Source of the DNA: Candidatus Latescibacterota bacterium
GTDB lineage: Bacteria; Latescibacterota; UBA2968; UBA8231
Length of the DNA: 64,000 nucleotides
Direction: 5' to 3'
NCBI GenBank assembly: GCA_965223905.1
Contig: CBDCXV010000001.1
Span: 448,001-512,000, forward strand
The notes below the pieces were generated by a model, which ran no database searches, was not told the origin of the DNA, and saw only the letters and a program-made list of their open reading frames with translations. Position numbers and translations under genes: made by a program. Below, in pieces: positions 19,674 through 29,644 of the stretch (position 1 is the first letter of the stretch; each line of letters begins with the position of its first letter).

Positions 19674-20744
19674 TCAATAGAGCAACCGCATGCCGAATGA
19701 GTGGACATATTTTTTGGTGTGGAAGGGAGCATCAGTCCAAAACCGGATCGGCGAATAGTGGAAAAGGATCTCGCCGGGAAACAGCCCCACCCGCCTTGGC
19801 GAAAGATTGATTCCCAACCCATAGCGATTGAAGAATCGGTATTGATCCGCGAATCCGTGGATCCAGCCGGTTCGCAGGGACAGCCAATCGTACAGGATGA
19901 GCTCAAAACCGAACCCTGCAAAATCGTCGTCATCAGACAAGGGAGATTCGAAACTCGATTTTTTGCCAGGATTGAGAAATCGCCGGTACTCCCCGGTAAC
20001 TACGAACCGAAGCGGAGGTGTGCCTTCCTCGGAAGGGCGGATGAGGTCGTACTTAAACCCTGTCCGAAGGTAAATCGGAAAAACGGCGTCGTACTCCGAT
20101 TCCCCATCCGGGGTTATGGATTTATTGGGATGTCCCGGGGACAGGTTTTGCAACGCCATGCCGAAGGAAAAGCCGGCGGGGTTCTCCGCGGTGCCTCCAG
20201 TGTGGTAGATCAGGCCTAAATCGAGAGCCGGGGCATACGTGGATTCGAAATTGTAGCCGGAAGGATAGCCGGAATAGGGGATAAAATACCTGTTGAACAG
20301 CTTGAGAACGGAACCTGCTCCGATCCTTCCCCAGGAGGTGGCGTATGCCAGGGAAAAAGTCTGGCCGTATCCCCGGGCATCGCTGGTCGTGCCTTCCTCC
20401 ATCCTGTTGAAGGAAAACCCGAACTTGCCTAGGCGAGTGGGTGAAACCATTCCGAAGGACCATGAATAAAGACCGTCAATATCCAGGTCATCATCGTCGA
20501 TCCAGTCGTAGGACCTGTAGCCGTAAAAGATTTCCGACCGCGAAACGGAAGCCAGGGTTGCGGGATTGGAGCTGAACGCCGCGGTGGAGTTTCCCGCATC
20601 TGCGACGGTGGACTCCCCCATCGCGATGCTTCGCGGGTCCGTCACGATATCGAAGGAGTTGAAGTCCGGAGTATATACCGGGTCCGGATAACAGTGAGTG
20701 CTTGTGAGACCTGAAATAACAGCGACGAGTGTCAGTTTATTGAT
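19674..20744 (-). CDS. PorV/PorQ/FadL-like outer-membrane beta-barrel
   Basis: DPRSIAMGES...NPATLA signature, alternating hydrophobic strands, C-terminal aromatic (RLLY); start uncertain (ATC at 20744 after AGGAG, or ATG at 20882). Confidence 0.7.
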   Translation of the reverse strand: MNKLTLVAVISGLTSTHCYPDPVYTPDFNSFDIVTDPRSIAMGESTVADAGNSTAAFSSNPATLASVSRSEIFYGYRSYDWIDDDDLDIDGLYSWSFGMVSPTRLGKFGFSFNRMEEGTTSDARGYGQTFSLAYATSWGRIGAGSVLKLFNRYFIPYSGYPSGYNFESTYAPALDLGLIYHTGGTAENPAGFSFGMALQNLSPGHPNKSITPDGESEYDAVFPIYLRTGFKYDLIRPSEEGTPPLRFVVTGEYRRFLNPGKKSSFESPLSDDDDFAGFGFELILYDWLSLRTGWIHGFADQYRFFNRYGLGINLSPRRVGLFPGEILFHYSPIRFWTDAPFHTKKYVHSFGMRLLY

Positions 20745-21032
20745 TTGAGTGAATCTCCTGTGGGGAAATACAGGGTGGCGAACGGCCTGCTTGCCAGGAA
20801 AGTGGATCGGGAAAAAAATTCGCACCCCGGTCTGGATCGGCAGGCGAGTTCCTTTCCGGTTTCGTCGCGCAAGCATATACATGCATATGCGTCCTGAAAA
20901 GGGCGCCTGCCCTTCTCATCCGGTTCCGGGATACCCTTCGTTTGCCGGAATCCCGGCCAGGAACTATTGTGACCGTCTGTTCGTCGCACAGACAGGTGGC
21001 TTTCCTGAAACAACGACACCAGATCCGAAACC

Positions 21033-21281
21033 ATGCCGAAAATCATCGCCTACCTGAATCCGGCCTGCCCCTGGGCGCGCGGAGTAGTCGATCTGCTCGA
21101 GCGCAACAGCCTCGAGTACGAGTATCGCGATATCATCGGGAACCCCGGCGACTACCGGGAGATGGTGGCCAAGAGCGGCCAGCACTCCTCTCCCTGCGTC
21201 GAGGTCGACGGACAGATGCTCGCCGACGTCGGGGAAGACGAGGTCGCCAGCTGCCTGAAGGAACGCGGCCTGATCGAGTAG
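21033..21281 (+). CDS. Glutaredoxin-like protein (monothiol CPWA)
   Basis: 82 aa; ACPWARG, KSGQHSSPCVEVDG. Confidence 0.8.
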   Translation: MPKIIAYLNPACPWARGVVDLLERNSLEYEYRDIIGNPGDYREMVAKSGQHSSPCVEVDGQMLADVGEDEVASCLKERGLIE

Positions 21282-21350
21282 CGCCGCCGCTGGCCGCCAG
21301 CTCCCCGCAAAGACCAGATACAGAGCCGCGGCCGGGGGCCGCCAGCCGGA

Positions 21351-23831
21351 CTAGCGGCGCGCGTGGTGGGAAGCCTCGGGAGCCTGGTAGGTTACCGACA
21401 GGTGCGGCGTTTCGAGCCGGGCGTTGTTCTGCGACCGGGACACGAGACAGCTTTCCTGGATTCCGTTGACGATCAGGGTGCGCTCCGCGGGAAACGCCGC
21501 TTTTCCGGTGACGATCGTCTCGACGATTTTCGCCACCAGCGAGGCTGAGTAGGTGACCGGCGGGGTCGGGGTGAGGAAGATCTGGGTCGACACCGGACGC
21601 TCCTCAGCGCTCAGCCTCGCGGCGAAGCAGTAGTCCCTGACTGCGCCGTTGAGCATCAGCAGCGTCGCCCGCAGGCCGTCGCGGAACTCGATCAGGTAGG
21701 CCGCCGGTTCCTCGGCGAGTCCCTTGACGTCGCCGCTGCCGACGAGGTCGTGCGTGCGTGCGTCTTCCAGCGTCGGGCCGCACGGCGAATCGGACCGCGA
21801 CAGCGCCGCCTCGAGCAGCTCCCACGACCAGAGGCGGTCGTCGCCTGCCTTCCAGACCGCGTCTCCGTCGAGCAGCTGCACCGCGGCGACCCCGGTCTCT
21901 CCGCCCCGGCGCCGCTCGATCATGCACTGCATCGTCTCGAGGGCGTGGTAGTCCATGGCGTCGGAGCCGCCGACGCCGACCATGAGGGCCTCCTCGATTT
22001 CGCAGCCGTGCGGCAGCTCGACGTCCGGCAGCCGCCAGGTGACCGGCAGCGACGATCCCGCTATGACGGGGAAGCCGAGGCGGTGCCCGTCGGCGACCAT
22101 CTCGCTCGCTTTTTCGAAGCTGTACGACAGGTGCTTGTCGTTGTAAACCGGCACCGCCCTTCCGTCCTCCTCGAACACCTCGACGCACTGCTTGAAGAAC
22201 TCGTAGCGCGGGTACTGCTTCTGCCCGAGCTCGTTGACGGGGTACTCGCCGTGCTCGCCGATGATGACGACGGCGTCGACGGCGAGCCGCTCTCCCCCGC
22301 ACCGGAGCGCTCCGGCGATGGTCGGATGGACGCTGAAACCGAACTCGCGGGCGCGGTCCTCGCTCTGGTCCCCTTCGGGCCGCTGGTCGACGTACATCGA
22401 CACCACCTGCATGTTGGGCCGGTGCCACGATCCCTCGTAGGCATAGCCGACCATGAAGCGGTCGCCGAAGTGCTGGCCGTGGGAGAGGTAACGGTAGATG
22501 CTGGCGATGATGGCGACGCGGACCGGCGGTTCCGCGGCGGTGCGGCGGTCGCTGACGATGTCGGCGTGAAGGGGCTGATCGTCGGGCGCCGCGGGGGCTG
22601 CCGGCTGCCCGGGTTCGCTGCCGGGCGCCCCCCAGAAAGTCGATTCCTCCTCCGCCCGGTAGGCGATGTCGAGGTGGGGGGTGTCGATTCTGACCTGTTC
22701 CCGGTGCAGGCTGTCGACGCCGGCAGCGACGAGACCGGTGGTCAGCAGGGTGCGTTCGACCGGGTACGACGGTTTGCCGCTGAGGAACATGCGCTCGACC
22801 TGGTAGCACTGGGGGCTGAAGAAATTGGCCAGGGTCGTGCGCACCGGGGGCATCGGCAGGTACATCTGGGTCGAGAACGGACGCTCGCTGCCCTCGAGCC
22901 GCGCCGCGAAGTTGAAGTCCTGCACCAGGCCGTTGAACAGGATCATCGTGCACCGGAGGCCGTCGAGGTGCTCGTAGTGGTAGGCGACCGGATCCTCGAC
23001 CAGGCGTTTCATCTCGTCGATGGTCGGGAACGGGTTGTTGAAGCCGCTGCGCGCTGGGGTCAGGGTGTGGCTTCGGCAGAGGGCGGTCTCGAACAGGTCG
23101 CGGGACCAGAGCCCGTCGCTGTGCGCCTGCCAGAAACGGTCGCCGCGGAACGCCTCGAGCCAGCGCACTCCGACCTCGCCCCCCTCCCTGCGCTCGACCA
23201 TGCACTGCAGGGTTTCGAGGGCGTGGAAGTCGTAGCTGTCGACGCCGCCGACGGCGACGCAGACCGCTTCCTCGACCCGTGCGCCCAGGGGCAGGTCGAC
23301 CGCTGGTGTGCGCCAGGTGACCGGCAGCGACGAGCCGGCCATGAAGGGGAATCCCATTGCCCGGGAGGTGTCGTACATTTCGCGCGCCCACTCCCAGTTC
23401 CAGGAGAGGTGCTTGTCGTTGAAGACAGGGGCGGTTCTGCCGGTGGTGCGGTAGACGGAGGCGATCTGCCGGAAGAACTCGTAGCGAGGGTAGAGGCGCT
23501 GGCCCTTCTCGTTGGTGCCGTAGGTGCCGTGCTCTCCGATGAGGAGGACGCCGTCGACGGCCAGGTCGCTACCGCCCAGAGTCAGGGCGTCGGCCACGGT
23601 CGGGTAGATGGTCAGGTGCTCGAAGCGGGATTCGCGCTCGCGGCTCAGGTCGGTTTCGGGGAACTGGTCGACGTACAGCGACACCAGATCCATCGCCGGG
23701 CGGTGGTGGCGGCTGCCCCAGCCGTACCCTTCGAGGAAGCGGTCGCAGATGTGCTGGCCATGGGAGTGCCTGCGGTACTCGGTGACGATGCCGGCGATTC
23801 GCGGGCGGGCTCCTTCAGGGGAAGTGGTCAT
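21351..23831 (-). CDS. Uncharacterised protein made of two tandem ~400-aa Gfo/Idh/MocA-like domains
   Basis: Both halves share SHGQH..DRF..GY, YVDQ, AVD.V..IGEHG.Y, YPRYEFF, NDKHLS, AGSSLPVTWR, HALET.QCM.ERR.GGE.GV, ERTL. Confidence 0.8.
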   Translation of the reverse strand: MTTSPEGARPRIAGIVTEYRRHSHGQHICDRFLEGYGWGSRHHRPAMDLVSLYVDQFPETDLSRERESRFEHLTIYPTVADALTLGGSDLAVDGVLLIGEHGTYGTNEKGQRLYPRYEFFRQIASVYRTTGRTAPVFNDKHLSWNWEWAREMYDTSRAMGFPFMAGSSLPVTWRTPAVDLPLGARVEEAVCVAVGGVDSYDFHALETLQCMVERREGGEVGVRWLEAFRGDRFWQAHSDGLWSRDLFETALCRSHTLTPARSGFNNPFPTIDEMKRLVEDPVAYHYEHLDGLRCTMILFNGLVQDFNFAARLEGSERPFSTQMYLPMPPVRTTLANFFSPQCYQVERMFLSGKPSYPVERTLLTTGLVAAGVDSLHREQVRIDTPHLDIAYRAEEESTFWGAPGSEPGQPAAPAAPDDQPLHADIVSDRRTAAEPPVRVAIIASIYRYLSHGQHFGDRFMVGYAYEGSWHRPNMQVVSMYVDQRPEGDQSEDRAREFGFSVHPTIAGALRCGGERLAVDAVVIIGEHGEYPVNELGQKQYPRYEFFKQCVEVFEEDGRAVPVYNDKHLSYSFEKASEMVADGHRLGFPVIAGSSLPVTWRLPDVELPHGCEIEEALMVGVGGSDAMDYHALETMQCMIERRRGGETGVAAVQLLDGDAVWKAGDDRLWSWELLEAALSRSDSPCGPTLEDARTHDLVGSGDVKGLAEEPAAYLIEFRDGLRATLLMLNGAVRDYCFAARLSAEERPVSTQIFLTPTPPVTYSASLVAKIVETIVTGKAAFPAERTLIVNGIQESCLVSRSQNNARLETPHLSVTYQAPEASHHARR

Positions 23832-24284
23832 TTTTCTCTTTCAGATTTTTCGGTTTGTGAATCGGCGGAGGGACCGCCGTTTGGGGGGGCAGCGGCCGGA
23901 AATGGCCCGGCGGCTGCCCGTGGCGGGAAAAGGTTCCGTGCGTTCGTTGAGAAGCGAGCTACCCTGGGATTTCGAAGGCGGTCCCCCTTGCCGGTCCCCC
24001 AGGCTCTCCCGGAATCCGTGCTATCCTTGAAAAGCCGGCGGACTCCGGCGACGCGTATCAGCTATTTTCATCTCCCGGTTTCGGAAGGGCCGGAAGATAA
24101 TCGGCCGAAGAGCAGGGTCAACGAACCGGTAAGGCGATTTCTACGGCGCGGGAAACCGTCGCCTGTCCGGGCTGCATGATCAGTCACTCACAGTCACCGC
24201 GCCACGGAATCCCGAAGGAACGGAGCATCCGATGACCGTTTACTACAAAGTCTTCCGGCAGACACCCGAAGAAGGAGGCGAGGC

Positions 24285-25346
24285 ATGAAAGCGGTATTCG
24301 ACGACCTGTTCTGCTGGTCAGTGTTCAGCGAGCGCCGGCAGATCGATTTCAACGGCCATCTCTGGGTTCGGGAGGAAGGCAATGTCCTGATCGATCCCGT
24401 GCCGATGATCGAGTCGGACCTGCGGCAGTTCGACGACCTGGGGGGCGCGAAGTGGATCGTGGTGACCAACAGGGACCACCAGCGGGAAGCCGCCGCCTTC
24501 CGCGAGCGCTGCGGCGCGCAGCTCGTCGCTCACGGCGAAGATGTGGAGGGTATCGAAGCGCAGGTCGATCGCACCGTCGGCGACGGCGAAGAGATCGTGC
24601 CGGGGCTGCGGGCAGTGCACCTCCGCTTCGGGAAGAGCGCCGGGGAAATCTCCCTGTACTGGCCGGAGAAGCGGACCATCCTCGCCAGCGACCTCCTGGT
24701 CGGGGCGCCCGTGGGCCGGTTCTCTCTGTTGATGGACGAGGTCCTGGAAGATCCTCCGGCGGCCGCCCTGGAAGTGCGCAAGCTGCTGGCGCTCGATTTC
24801 GACGCCATCGTCGTCGGCGACGGTCACTCGGTCATGCGGGACGCCAGGGAGCGGTTGCTGGAGTGCCTCGAAGAGCGAACGGACATCTACATCAACCGGG
24901 TCAGCAGCAGTGATGCGGTCTGGACCCCCTGCTCGCGCCGGGAAGGGTATGCCTGGGACACCAAGGAGATCGACGCCCTCATCGGCGCCCGCAACCTCGG
25001 CTACCGGTTGATTCGCCTGCCGGCGGGCCAGTCGACCTTTCCCCTTCATTTCCACCATCGCGCCGAAGAGCTGTTCTTCGCCGTCGAAGGGGAATGCACC
25101 CTCGTCACACCCCGTGGCAACCTGCCGGTGCGAAAGGGGGATTTCATCGCCTTTCCGCCAGGACCTCGCGGGGCCCACAAGTTCACCAACGAAGGGGCCG
25201 AGCCCTGCGAGCTGTTGGCTCTCGGCGACCGCCGGCACGGGGACGTCGCCGAGTACCCCGACTCTGGCAAAATCAACTTCATCCGCCGGCCCGGACCCCT
25301 CATCTTCCGCAAGCGGGACGCCGTCGACTACTGGGAGGGGGAGTAG
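24285..25346 (+). CDS. Degenerate MBL-fold domain fused to a cupin domain
   Basis: NVLIDP, TNRDH, GDGH (MBL-like); PLHFHHRAEELF...AHKFTN, EYPDSGK (cupin). Confidence 0.75.
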   Translation: MKAVFDDLFCWSVFSERRQIDFNGHLWVREEGNVLIDPVPMIESDLRQFDDLGGAKWIVVTNRDHQREAAAFRERCGAQLVAHGEDVEGIEAQVDRTVGDGEEIVPGLRAVHLRFGKSAGEISLYWPEKRTILASDLLVGAPVGRFSLLMDEVLEDPPAAALEVRKLLALDFDAIVVGDGHSVMRDARERLLECLEERTDIYINRVSSSDAVWTPCSRREGYAWDTKEIDALIGARNLGYRLIRLPAGQSTFPLHFHHRAEELFFAVEGECTLVTPRGNLPVRKGDFIAFPPGPRGAHKFTNEGAEPCELLALGDRRHGDVAEYPDSGKINFIRRPGPLIFRKRDAVDYWEGE

Positions 25347-26369
25347 GTGGACAGCTTCATCGTCGTTCACAATGGCTTCGACGGCGGCTGGCCCTGGGCG
25401 GCCGACCACTTCCGCGACCTGTGGCTGAGGCAGGGGGAGGTCGGATTCCGGCGCCTCGTCCACGGGGACGACCGCCGGCTCGCGGAGGTAGCCGGCGAAC
25501 ATGCAGTCTCGGTGGCCAGACTCGCCTGCCTCGGGGTGCGCGTCACCCTCGATTGCCTGGAGGCGTTTCCGTCGCTGCGGGAAGCGTCCTTCCAGGGCCC
25601 GCCCCACAGGCTTGGCGCCGAATGCGAGGCGGCGCTCGCCGGGAGGGGCGTCGCCCTGTACAGACAGCTTTCCGAGGGGTTCTGGGGACAGTCGGTCGCC
25701 GAATGCGGGCTGGCTCTCACCCTGTGCGCGCTGCGCCGCATTCCACAGCTGCACACCGGGATCGCCACCGGCACCCCGGACTGGGACTGGCGCCCGCCCG
25801 GAGGCATCGGCGCTCCGGGGCGGCGGGGGGCGCAGTACAGCGACGATTCGGCCTTCGCCAACGGCACCCTCGCCGGCAAGCGGGTGCGGGTGGTCGGCGC
25901 CGGCAACATCGGCAGCCGCTACGCGAGCTTCGCGAGCGCCCTGGGGGCCGAGGTCGCCGCCTGGGATCCGTTTGCCGCCGAACCCGCCTTCCACCGCGCC
26001 GCCGCCCGCCGCGAGCACCACCTTGCCCGCCTGGTGGAGGATGCGCAGGTGTTCGCCCCGATGGTTCCCCTGAGGGATTCCACTCGGGGGCTCGTAACCG
26101 CAGACCATATCGACGCCCTGCCTGCCGGCTGCCTGGTCGTTCTGGTGACCCGGGCGGGGATCTGCGACATGGGGGCGCTGCGGCGCCGGGTGCTCGTCGA
26201 CGAGCTGAGTCTGGCCGCCGATGTATTCGACCGGGAGCCGCTGCCGGCGGACGACCCGCTGATCGGCCGCCACAACGTCGTGCACACGCCCCATATCGCC
26301 GGGCGCACCGCCGACGCCAACCGCTCCTGGGCGGAGCACCTGGCGGACCCGTTTCAGCCGCGGGGTTGA
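25347..26369 (+). CDS. D-isomer specific 2-hydroxyacid dehydrogenase family
   Basis: GAGNIG, WDPF, VTRA, DVFDREP, TPHIAG. Confidence 0.88.
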   Translation: MDSFIVVHNGFDGGWPWAADHFRDLWLRQGEVGFRRLVHGDDRRLAEVAGEHAVSVARLACLGVRVTLDCLEAFPSLREASFQGPPHRLGAECEAALAGRGVALYRQLSEGFWGQSVAECGLALTLCALRRIPQLHTGIATGTPDWDWRPPGGIGAPGRRGAQYSDDSAFANGTLAGKRVRVVGAGNIGSRYASFASALGAEVAAWDPFAAEPAFHRAAARREHHLARLVEDAQVFAPMVPLRDSTRGLVTADHIDALPAGCLVVLVTRAGICDMGALRRRVLVDELSLAADVFDREPLPADDPLIGRHNVVHTPHIAGRTADANRSWAEHLADPFQPRG

Positions 26370-26714
26370 CGGGTTTCCGGAGGTTTGGCTGCAAGCCTCT
26401 TTGCCTCCCAAACAGGCCGCTGGCTCAGTCCGGCTGCACGCGGACATCGAGGCAGGTTCTCCGGAGGGAGCTCCACCGCGGTCAAAAGGCGGACCGCGGC
26501 ACCCTTCACTTCCAGGCATCGACTGCTTGCAAACAGGAGTGGCACCGCCGAACTTCCCGTTCGCGCGGCAGGTTTCAGGCCGCTGCGGTTTGGATATTTC
26601 AACCAGCGGAAAAACAATGAGTTACAACGAAATATCCACCTGTGCTCTAGTGACCATTCCGGCCAGCAAACCAGCGGTTTCCAGCATGGCTGCCGGCAAT
26701 TCGATCCAGGGTTC

Positions 26715-28973
26715 ATGAACGGGATGCAATCGGCGATTCAGGGTCAGGAGCGGCGCAACCGGAAGCTGCTGAAGTCCGCCGGCTACCTCGGTGCGGAGGT
26801 GACCTCCGAGGTGCTGCCGCTGCAGATCGACGTCGGCTCCCAGGAGAGCCTGACCCGCGGGCAGGCCGATCTCCTCGAAGCGCTGCAGATCCAGTCGGCC
26901 TGCACGGCGATCCGTTCGCTCGCCTCCCTGGCCGCCATCGGCGAGCTCGATCACCTCGGCGGCGGTCTCGAGCTGATTCCCGGCCTGCTGCTGACGTTGG
27001 GCTGCACCGATTTCGAGCGCATCGAGTACACGATCGAGCACGCCCACACCAGCATCGGCTACTACGCCAGCCTCGCCACCTTCGGCTACGTCGGGGAAGA
27101 GGCGGTTGTCGAGGGCTTCCGCCGCGGCCTGGACTTTCCCGGGCACGTCTCCTGGCTGCCCGGGGGGACCCAGCTCAACGGCGGCCGTCTCGGGGTGATG
27201 ATTCCGGTCGCCGTGGGGCAGGCCCTCGGCAAGCGCGCCCGCCACGGCCGCGCCTGGGTAATCACCCACTGCGGCGACGCCGGCTGGGTGTCGGGGCAGG
27301 CGCTCAACGGGTTCAACGGCGCCGACGTCGCCGGGGCGCCGGTCACCTTTGTCATGCACCGCAACGGCATCCAGCTTTCGGGTGCGACCCACAGCATCAT
27401 GGACAAGGACCCGCGCCCGATCATCGAGGCGCTGGGGATCCGCATCATCGAGATACCGACCCTGCACGACAGCGCGCGGCTGTACGAAGCCTACCGCGAG
27501 GGGTACCGCATGGCGCAGGAGGGGCGGCCGAACCTGATCTTCCCGACCGGCTACCGGTCGCGCGACGGCGAGGTCGTCAACCTCGACTGGTTCGCCGCGC
27601 AGCATGGGATCAAGCGGGAGACCAGGAAGTTCGCGAGCGCCCACGGCGTCCCCATGGACCGGGAGATCTGGGTCCCCGGTTCGCTGATGAGCTATCGCGA
27701 CCTCGTCCCGATGCTGGAGTGCCTGTTTCTCGTCAACCGGCTCCCGGGTGGCGAGGGCCACCACGACGGCCACATGAAGGGCCGGGACGCCGATGAGGTG
27801 CTCTCCAACCCGATGTTCCGCGTGAAAAGCAGGCAGCGGAAAGCCCTGGCCGCGGCGACCGGCGCCCCGAGGCGGACGGTGGTCACCAGGGCGCGGCCCG
27901 AGGCCGGCAGCCCCAACCTCATCCTGTCGCGGGAGATCCTGGAGGCGGTCGAGCTTCCGGCGGCCGGGGAGAAGGTCAGTCCGCGCGCCGGCTCGGAGGC
28001 CGGGTACGCCGCGGTGGCAGAGGCGCACCCGGAGAACGTGTTCGTCGTCAGCTGCGATCTCGACGCCTCGACCAAGCTCGGCAAGGCGCGCGGCTTCCTG
28101 GCGCCCGACCACCAGTTCGAGATGAGCATCGAGGAACAGGCATCCGCCCTGCTCGCCAACGGGCTGGCGATGAGCGGCCCGCAGCCCCAGCTCAACGTCA
28201 TCTCCACCTTCGCCGCCTTCTTCGAGGGAATCGCCCGCGAAGGGTTCGACATGTGGCGCTACCAGCGCAATCTGAACGGCGTCAACGAAGGCCTGAACGT
28301 CACCTACCACCTCTCGCACGTCGGCGCCTGCACCGGCCGCGACCACTTTTCCGGGTGGGGACTGGACTGGATCAACGTCGGCCTTACCTACCTGCCGTAC
28401 CTGCATCGTTTCTACGCCCCCGCGGACGCGCGCGCGGCCTTTGTCGCGGTCCGCGATCTCGCCGCTCGCTACGGAGGACACGTGATCGGCATTCCGCGCG
28501 ACGAGCTGCCGATCCTCGACAGACAGGACGGCTCGGGGCCGCTGTGGCGGGCCGACGACGACTGGCAGCCGGTCACCCCGTACCGGACCTGCCCGGGAGC
28601 CAGGCGCGCCATCCTCACCTTCGGCGCACCTGCCTTCCTAGGGGCGGAGGCGGCCGCCCGGCTGGAGAAGAAGGGGGTGGCCGCCGACGTCCACATCGTC
28701 AACGGACTGCCGCTGTCGCCATCGGCTCTCGAGAAGCTGCTGGCCCCGTACACCGGCGGGGTGGTGACGGTCGAGGACGGATTCATCGGCACCCCACGGA
28801 CCGGCCTCCGGGGGTTCGCCGGTCTGGTCGCCGGCGCGGCGAGCCCCGGACAGCCGCGGGCGCACATAGGGATCACCGACCCGCGCATCGCCCCTTCCGA
28901 GGGGCACATGGAAACGTGGGAACACTTCGGCATCACGGCGCGGGCGATCGCTGCCGCCGTTGCCGGCATATAG
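26715..28973 (+). CDS. Transketolase-like ThDP enzyme (single chain)
   Basis: DHLGG, FPGH, GRLG, GDAG...HRNGIQ ThDP motif, DLDAST, SIEEQ, STFAAF, VTVED. Confidence 0.8.
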   Translation: MNGMQSAIQGQERRNRKLLKSAGYLGAEVTSEVLPLQIDVGSQESLTRGQADLLEALQIQSACTAIRSLASLAAIGELDHLGGGLELIPGLLLTLGCTDFERIEYTIEHAHTSIGYYASLATFGYVGEEAVVEGFRRGLDFPGHVSWLPGGTQLNGGRLGVMIPVAVGQALGKRARHGRAWVITHCGDAGWVSGQALNGFNGADVAGAPVTFVMHRNGIQLSGATHSIMDKDPRPIIEALGIRIIEIPTLHDSARLYEAYREGYRMAQEGRPNLIFPTGYRSRDGEVVNLDWFAAQHGIKRETRKFASAHGVPMDREIWVPGSLMSYRDLVPMLECLFLVNRLPGGEGHHDGHMKGRDADEVLSNPMFRVKSRQRKALAAATGAPRRTVVTRARPEAGSPNLILSREILEAVELPAAGEKVSPRAGSEAGYAAVAEAHPENVFVVSCDLDASTKLGKARGFLAPDHQFEMSIEEQASALLANGLAMSGPQPQLNVISTFAAFFEGIAREGFDMWRYQRNLNGVNEGLNVTYHLSHVGACTGRDHFSGWGLDWINVGLTYLPYLHRFYAPADARAAFVAVRDLAARYGGHVIGIPRDELPILDRQDGSGPLWRADDDWQPVTPYRTCPGARRAILTFGAPAFLGAEAAARLEKKGVAADVHIVNGLPLSPSALEKLLAPYTGGVVTVEDGFIGTPRTGLRGFAGLVAGAASPGQPRAHIGITDPRIAPSEGHMETWEHFGITARAIAAAVAGI

Positions 28974-28987
28974 ACAGGAGTCGAGCC

Positions 28988-29644
28988 ATGAAACGCATAC
29001 TCGTTGCGGCCGCCGCGGTCGGCATCGTCGCCGGGGGTTGCCAGGAAGAAGAAGGGACGACAACCGGCGAGGCCAACATGGAGGCGCTGATGAATCCGGA
29101 CGGCCCGGAGATGAAGAAGACGGCGCCGGCCTCTTACAAGGCGAAGTTCGAGACCTCTGCCGGCGACTTCGTGATCGAGGTGACGCGGGACTGGGCTCCG
29201 CACGGGGCGGACCGCTTCTACAACCTGGTGAGAAACGGCTTCTACAACGGCACCCGCTTCTTTCGCGTCATTCCGGGGTTCATCGTCCAGTGGGGGATGC
29301 ACGGGGACCCGGAAGTGACCGCTAAATGGCATGGAGCGAGGATCCCGGACGACCCGGTCAAACAGGGGAACGAGCTCGGCACCGTAACCTTCGCCAAGGG
29401 CGGCGGAAGGGACAACCGCACCGTGCAGGTGTTCGTCAACTTCGCCGACAACACCAACCTCGACGGCCAGGGATTCGCCGCTTTCGGGAAGGTGGTCTCC
29501 GGGATGGAGGCGGTTGAAGCGATCAATCCTGAGTACGAAAAGCGCACCCCCAACCAGGGGCAGATCGCCCAGAAGGGGAACAAGTACCTCGACAAGCTGT
29601 TCCCCAACCTCGACTACATCCGGTCCGCCAGCATAGTCGATTGA
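28988..29644 (+). CDS. Cyclophilin-type peptidyl-prolyl isomerase, lipoprotein
   Basis: Lipobox AGGC; WAPHGADRFYNLV, FFRVIPGFIVQWG, FAAFGKV. Confidence 0.92.
   Translation: MKRILVAAAAVGIVAGGCQEEEGTTTGEANMEALMNPDGPEMKKTAPASYKAKFETSAGDFVIEVTRDWAPHGADRFYNLVRNGFYNGTRFFRVIPGFIVQWGMHGDPEVTAKWHGARIPDDPVKQGNELGTVTFAKGGGRDNRTVQVFVNFADNTNLDGQGFAAFGKVVSGMEAVEAINPEYEKRTPNQGQIAQKGNKYLDKLFPNLDYIRSASIVD

Noticed and set aside
26655-26700. c-di-GMP or TPP riboswitch before the transketolase-like gene
   Set aside because: Only a generic hairpin containing GCAAA; conserved aptamer cores absent
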